A stretch of 64,000 nt of DNA, from assembly GCF_009914755.1 (NCBI RefSeq), contig NC_060935.1. One strand, written 5' to 3'. This DNA is from the human T2T-CHM13v2.0 reference genome, Homo sapiens. The position numbers and the translations under genes were made by a program. Below, one piece after another: positions 58,420 through 64,000 of this stretch (its first letter is position 1; the number at the start of each line of letters is the position of its first letter). The notes under the pieces are model-generated. The model searched no databases and was not told where the DNA came from. It saw only the letters and a program-made list of their open reading frames with translations.

Positions 58420-61400
58420 CATTCTCAGAAACTACTTTGTGATGATTGCATTCGACTCACAGAGTTGAACATTCCTATAGATAGAGCAGGTTGTAAACAA
58501 TCTTTTTGTAGAATCTGCTATTGGAGATTTGGACTGCTTTGAGGCATACTGTAGTAAAGGAAATAACTTCATCTAAAAACCAAACGGATGCATTCACAGA
58601 CAATTCTTAGTGATCATTGCATTGAACTAACAGAGCTGAACATTCCTTTAGATGGCGCAGTTTCCAAACACACTTTCTGTAGAAACTGCAAGTGGATATT
58701 TTGACCTCTCTGAGGATTTCGTTGGAAACGGGATAAACTTCCCAGAACTACACGGAAGCATTCTGAGAAACTTCTTTGTGATGTTTGCATTCAACTCACA
58801 GAGTTGAACCTTGCTTTCATAGTTCAGCTTTCAAACCCTCTTTTTGTAGAATCTGCAAGTGGATATTTGGACCACTTTGTGGCCTTCCTTCGAAACGGGT
58901 ATATCTTCACATCAAACCTAGACAGAAGCATTCTCAGAATGTTTCCTGTGATGACTGCATTCAACTCACAGAGGTGAACAATCCTGCTGATGGAGGAGTT
59001 TTGAAACTCTCTTTCTTTGGATTCTGCAAGTGGATATGTGGACCTCTGTGAAGATTTCGTTGGAAACGGGTTCATCTTCACAGAAAAACTAAACAGAAGC
59101 ATTCTCAGAAACTGCTTTGTGATGTTTGTGTTCCACTTCAGGAATTGAACTTTCCTCTTGACAGAGCAGCTCTGAAACCCTCTTATTCTAGAATCTGCAA
59201 GTGGACATTTGAAGGGCTTTGAGGCCTGTGGTGGAAAAGGAAAATCTTCACATAAAAACTAGATGGAAGCATTCTCAGAAACTACTTTGTGATGATTGCA
59301 TTCGACTCACAGAGTTGAACATTCCTATAGATAGAGCAGGTTGTAAACAATCTTTTTCTAGAATCTGCTATTGGAGATTTGGACTGCTTTGAGGCCTACT
59401 GTAGTAAAGGAAATAACTTCATCTAAAAACCAAACGGAAGCATTCACAGACAATTCTCAGTGATCATTGGATTGAACTAACAGAGCTGAACATTCCTTTA
59501 GATGGAGCAGTTTCCAAACAAACTTTCTGTAGAATCTGCAAGTGGATATTTGGACTTCTCTGAGAATTTCGTTGGAAAAGGGATAAACTTCCCAGAACTA
59601 CACGGAAGCATTGTGAGAAACTTCTTTGTGATGTTTGCATTCAACTCACAGAGTTGAACCTTGCTTTCATAGTTCAGCTTTCAAACACTCTTTTTGTAGA
59701 ATCTGCAAGTGGATATTTGGACCACTTTGTGGCCTTCCTTCGAAACGGGTATATCTTCACATCAAACCTAGACAGAAGCATTCTCAGAATGTTTCCTGTG
59801 ATGACTGCATTCAACTCACAGAGGTGAACAATCCTGCTGATGGAGCAGTTTTGAAACTCTCTTTCTTTGGATTCTGCATGTGGATATGTTGACCTCTGTG
59901 AAGATTTCGTTGGAAACGGGTTCATCTTCACAGAAAAACTAAACAGGAGCATTCTCAGAAACTGCTTTGTGATGTTTGTGTTCCACTTCAAGAATTGAAC
60001 TTTCCTCTTGACAGAGCAGCTCTGAAACCCTCTTTTTCTAGAATCTGCAAGTGGACATTTGGAAGGATTTGAGGCCTGTGGTGGAAAAGGAAAATCTTCA
60101 CATAAAAACTAGATGGAAGCATTCTCAGAAACTACTTTGTGATGATTGCATTCGACTCACAGAGTTGAACATTCCTATAGATAGAGCAGGTTGTAAACAA
60201 TCCTTTTGTAGAATCTGCGATTGGAGATTTGGACTGCTTTGAGGCCTACTGTAGTAAAGGAAATAACTTCATCTAAAAACCAAACGGAAGCATTTACAGA
60301 CAATTCTTAGTGATCATTGGATTGAACTAACAGAGCTGAACATTCCTTTAGATGGAGCAGTTTCCAAACCCACTTTCTGTAGAATCTGCAAGTGGATATT
60401 TGGACTTCTCTGAGGATTTCGTTGGAAACGGGATAAACTTCCCAGAACTACAGGGAAGCATTGTGAGAAACTTCTTTGTGATGTTTGCATTCAACTCACA
60501 GAGTTGAACCTTGCTTTCATAGTTCAGCTTTCAAACACTCTTTTTGTAGAATCTGCAAGTGGATATTTGGACCACTTTGTGGCCTTCCTTCGAAACGGGT
60601 ATATCTTCACATCAAACCTAGACAGAAGCATTCTCAGAATGTTTCCTGTGATGACTGCATTCAACTCACAGAGGTGAACAATCCTGTTGATGGAGCACTT
60701 TTGAAACTCTCTTTCTTTGGATTCTGCAAGTTGATATGTGGACCTCTGTGAAGATTTCGTTGGAAACGGGTTCATCTTCACAGAAAAACTAAACAGAAGC
60801 ATTCTCAGAAACTACTTTGTGATGTTTGTGTTCCACTTCAAGAATTGAACTTTCCTCTTGACAGAGCAGCTCTGAAACCCTGTTTTTCTAGAATCTGCAA
60901 GTGGACATTTGGAGGGCTTTGAGGCCTGTGGTGGAAAAGGAAAATCTTCACATAAAAACTAGATGGAAGCATTCTCAGAAACTACTTTGTGATGACTGCA
61001 TTCGTCTCACAGAGTTGAACATTCCTATAGATAGAGCAGGTTGTAAACAATCTTTTTGTAGAATCTGCGATTGGAGATTTGGACTGCTTGGAGGCCTACT
61101 GTAGTAAAGGAAATAACTTCATCTAAAAACCAAACGGAAGCATTCACAGACAATTCTTAGTGATCATTGCATTGAACTAACAGAGCTGAACATTCCTTTA
61201 GATGGAGCAGTTTCCAAACACACTTTCTGTAGAACCTGCAAGTGGATATTTGGACCTCTCTGAGGATTTCGTTGGAAACGGGATAAACTTCCCAGAACTA
61301 CACGGAAGCATTGTGAGAAAGTTCTTTGTGATGTTTGCATTCAACTCACAGAGTTGAACCTTGCTTTCATAGTTCAGCTTTCAAACACTCTTTTTGTAGA

Positions 61401-64000
61401 ATCTGCAAGTGGATATTTGGACCACTTTGTGGCCTTCCTTCGAAACGGGTATATCTTCACATCAAACCTAGACAGAAGCATTCTCAGAATGTTTCCTGTG
61501 ATGACTGCATTCAACTCACAGAGGTGAACAATCCTGCTGATGGAGCAGTTTTGAAACTCTCTTTCTTTGGATTCTGCAAGTGGATATGTGGACCTCTGCG
61601 AAGATTTCGTTGGAAACGGGTTCATCTTCACAGAAAAACTAAACAGAAACATTCTCACAAACTGCTTTGTGATGTTTGTGTTCCACTTCAGGAATTGAAC
61701 TTTCCTCTTCACAGAGCAGCTCTGAAACCCTCTTATTCTAGAATCTGCAAGTGGACATTTGGAGGGCTTTGAGGCCTGTGGTGGAAAAGGAAAATCTTCA
61801 CATAAAAACTAGATGGAAGCATTCTCAGAAACTACTTTGTGATGATGGCTTTCGACTCACAGAGTTGAACATTCCTATAGATAGAGCAGGTTGTAAACAA
61901 TCTTTTTGTAGAATCTGCGATTGGAGATTTGGACTGCTTTGAGGCCTACTGTAGTAAAGGAAATAACTTCATCTAAAAACCAAACGGAAGCATTCACAGA
62001 CAATTCTTAGTGATCATTGGATTGAACTAACAGAGCTGAACATTCCTTTAGATGGCGCAGTTTCCAAACACACTTTCTGTAGAATCTGCAAGTGGATATT
62101 TGGACCTCTCTGAGGATTTCGTTGGAAACGGGATAAACTTCCCAGAATTACACGGAAGCATGCTGAGAAACTTCTTTGTGATGTTTGCATTCAACTCACA
62201 GAGTTGAACCTTGCTTTCATAGTTCAGCTTTCAAACACTCTTTTTGTAGAATCTGCAAGTGGATATTTGGACCACTTTGTGGCCTTCCTTCGAAACGGGT
62301 ATATGTTCACATCAAACCTAGACAGAAGCATTCTCAGAATGTTTCCTGTGATGACTGCATTCAACTCACAGAGGTGAACAATCCTGCTGATGGAGCAGTT
62401 TTGAAACTCTCTTTCTTTGGATTCTGCAAGTGGATATGTGGACCTCTGTGAAGATTTCGTTGGAAACGGGTTCATCTTCACAGAAAAACTAAACAGAAGC
62501 ATTCTCAGAAACTGCTTTGTGATGTTTGTGTTCCACTTCAGGAATTGAACTTTCCTCTTGACAGAGCAGCTCTGAAACCCTCTTATTCTAGAATCTGCAA
62601 GTGGACATTTGGAGGGCTTTGAGGCCTGTGGTGGAAAAGGAAAATCTTCACATAAAAACTAGATGGAAGCATTCTCAGAAACTACTTTGTGATGATTGCA
62701 TTCGACTCACAGAGTTGAACATTCCTATAGATAGAGCAGGTTGTAAACAATCTTTTTCTAGAATCTGCGATTGGAGATTTGGACTGCTTTGAGGCCTACT
62801 GTAGTAAAGGAAATAACTTCATCTAAAAACCAAACGGAAGCATTCACAGACAATTCTTAGTGATCATTGGATTGAACTAACAGAGCTGAACATTCCTTTA
62901 CATGGCGCAGTTTCCAAACACACTTTCTGTAGAATCTGCAAGTGGATATTTGGACCTCTCTGAGGATTTCGTTGGAAACGGGATAAACTTCCCAGAACTA
63001 CACGGAAGCATTGTGAGAAACTTCTTTGTGATGTTTGCATTCAACTCACAGAGTTGAACCTTGCTTTCATAGTTCAGCTTTCAAACCCTCTTTTTGTAGA
63101 ATCTGCAAGTGGATATTTGGACCACTTTGTGGCCTTCCTTCGAAACGGATATATCTTCACATCAAACCTAGACAGAAGCATTCTCAGAATGTTTCCTGTC
63201 ATGACTGCATTCAACTCCCTGAGGTGAACAATCCTGCTGATGGAGCAGTTTTGAACCTCTCTTTCTTTGGATTCTGCAAGTGGATATGTGTACCACTGTG
63301 AAGATTTCGTTGGAAACGGGTTCATCTTCACAGAAAAACTAAACAGAAGCATTCTCAGAAACTGCTTTGTGATGTTTGTGTTCCACTTCAGGAATTGAAC
63401 TTTCCTCTTGACAGAGCAGCTCTGAAACCCTCTTTTTCTAGAATCTGCAAGTGGACATTTGGAGGGCTTTGAGGCCTGTGGTGGAAAAGGAAAATCTTCA
63501 CATAAAAACTTTATGGAAGCATTCTCAGAAACTTCTTTGTGATCATTGCATTCGACTCACAGAGTTGAACATTCCTATAGATAGAGCAGGTTGTAAACAA
63601 TCTTTTTGTAGAATCTGCGATTGGAGATTTGGACTGCTTTCAGGCCTACTGTAGTAAAGGAAATAACTTCATCTAAAAACCAAACGGAAGCATTCACAGA
63701 CAATTCTCAGTGATCATTGGATTGAACTAACAGAGCTGAACATTCCTTTAGATGGAGCAGTTTCCAAACAAACTTTCTGTAGAATCTGCAAGTGGATATT
63801 TGGACTTCTCTGAGAATTTCGTTGGAAAAGGGATAAACTTCCAGAACTACACGGAAGCATTGTGAGAAACTTCTTTGTGATGTTTGCATTCAACTCACAG
63901 AGTTGAACCTTGCTTTCATAGTTCAGCTTTCAAACACTCTTTTTGTAGAATCTGCAAGTGGATATTTGGACCACTTTGTGGCCTTCCTTCGAAACGGGTA

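Larger units (their letters stand above)
1..64000 (+). repeat. D11Z1: Alpha-satellite HOR array, 850-bp pentamer (SF3 type), most likely human chromosome 11 centromeric array D11Z1
   Basis: Alphoid monomer motifs recur about every 170 bp (CATTCTCAGAAACT..TTTGTGATG, TGTAGAATCTGCAAGTGGATATTTGG). Near-identical sequence recurs every 850 bp (ORF starts 45, 895, 1745 and so on). There is one XbaI site (TCTAGA, first at 31) per unit and canonical CENP-B boxes. A 0.85-kb XbaI pentamer is the established D11Z1 organisation. The alphoid call is certain; the chromosome assignment is from recall. Confidence 0.93.

Noticed and set aside
61335-61772. Longest ORF (145 aa) with CxxC/His motifs resembling a zinc finger
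   Set aside because: It arises from chance loss of two stop codons (TGTGA>TGCGA, TTGAC>TTCAC) in one HOR. The CRIC/FCK motifs are just the conserved alphoid TGTAGAATCTGC sequence.
45-63889. About 230 short ORFs (63, 88 and 92-105 aa families) on both strands
   Set aside because: They are translations of the satellite that recur every 850 bp, mostly with GTG/TTG starts. They overlap on opposite strands and are freely broken by stops and frameshifts. There is no evidence of coding constraint.
1-64000. CRISPR-like or other prokaryotic repeat-spacer system
   Set aside because: There are no unique spacers and no cas or other genes. The entire sequence is tandemly repeated alphoid DNA.
1-64000. 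Embedded L1/Alu insertion, inversion or non-satellite island
   Set aside because: The 850-bp phase is fully accounted for by 1-bp deletions, two 170-bp deletions and one 6-bp insertion. This leaves no room for foreign sequence, and orientation is constant.

Overview
The whole 64 kb is one uninterrupted, single-orientation primate alpha-satellite array, i.e. centromeric DNA. It holds about 75 complete copies and one partial copy of an 850-bp five-monomer higher-order repeat (HOR). The monomers are 171, 168, 170, 171 and 170 bp. Each HOR carries two canonical CENP-B boxes, one degenerate B-type box and one XbaI site. This matches suprachromosomal family 3 (W1-W5) and most likely human chromosome 11 D11Z1; that assignment is from recall, not from a database search. 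I see no genes, RNA genes, transposons, inversions or CRISPR arrays, and all listed ORFs are by-products of the repeat. I found no evidence of a new coding system. The informative structure is in the variants: nested block duplications (1, 2, 4, 6 and 10 HORs), two related 4-mer HORs lacking one monomer, heritable 1-bp deletions with a preserved ancestral state, strict alternation of intact and broken W1 CENP-B boxes over about 12 kb, and marker conflicts implying gene conversion. HOR numbering used below: HOR1 starts at 1, and each HOR starts 44 bp before the recurring 'MDIWR' ORF. All counts were made by eye.
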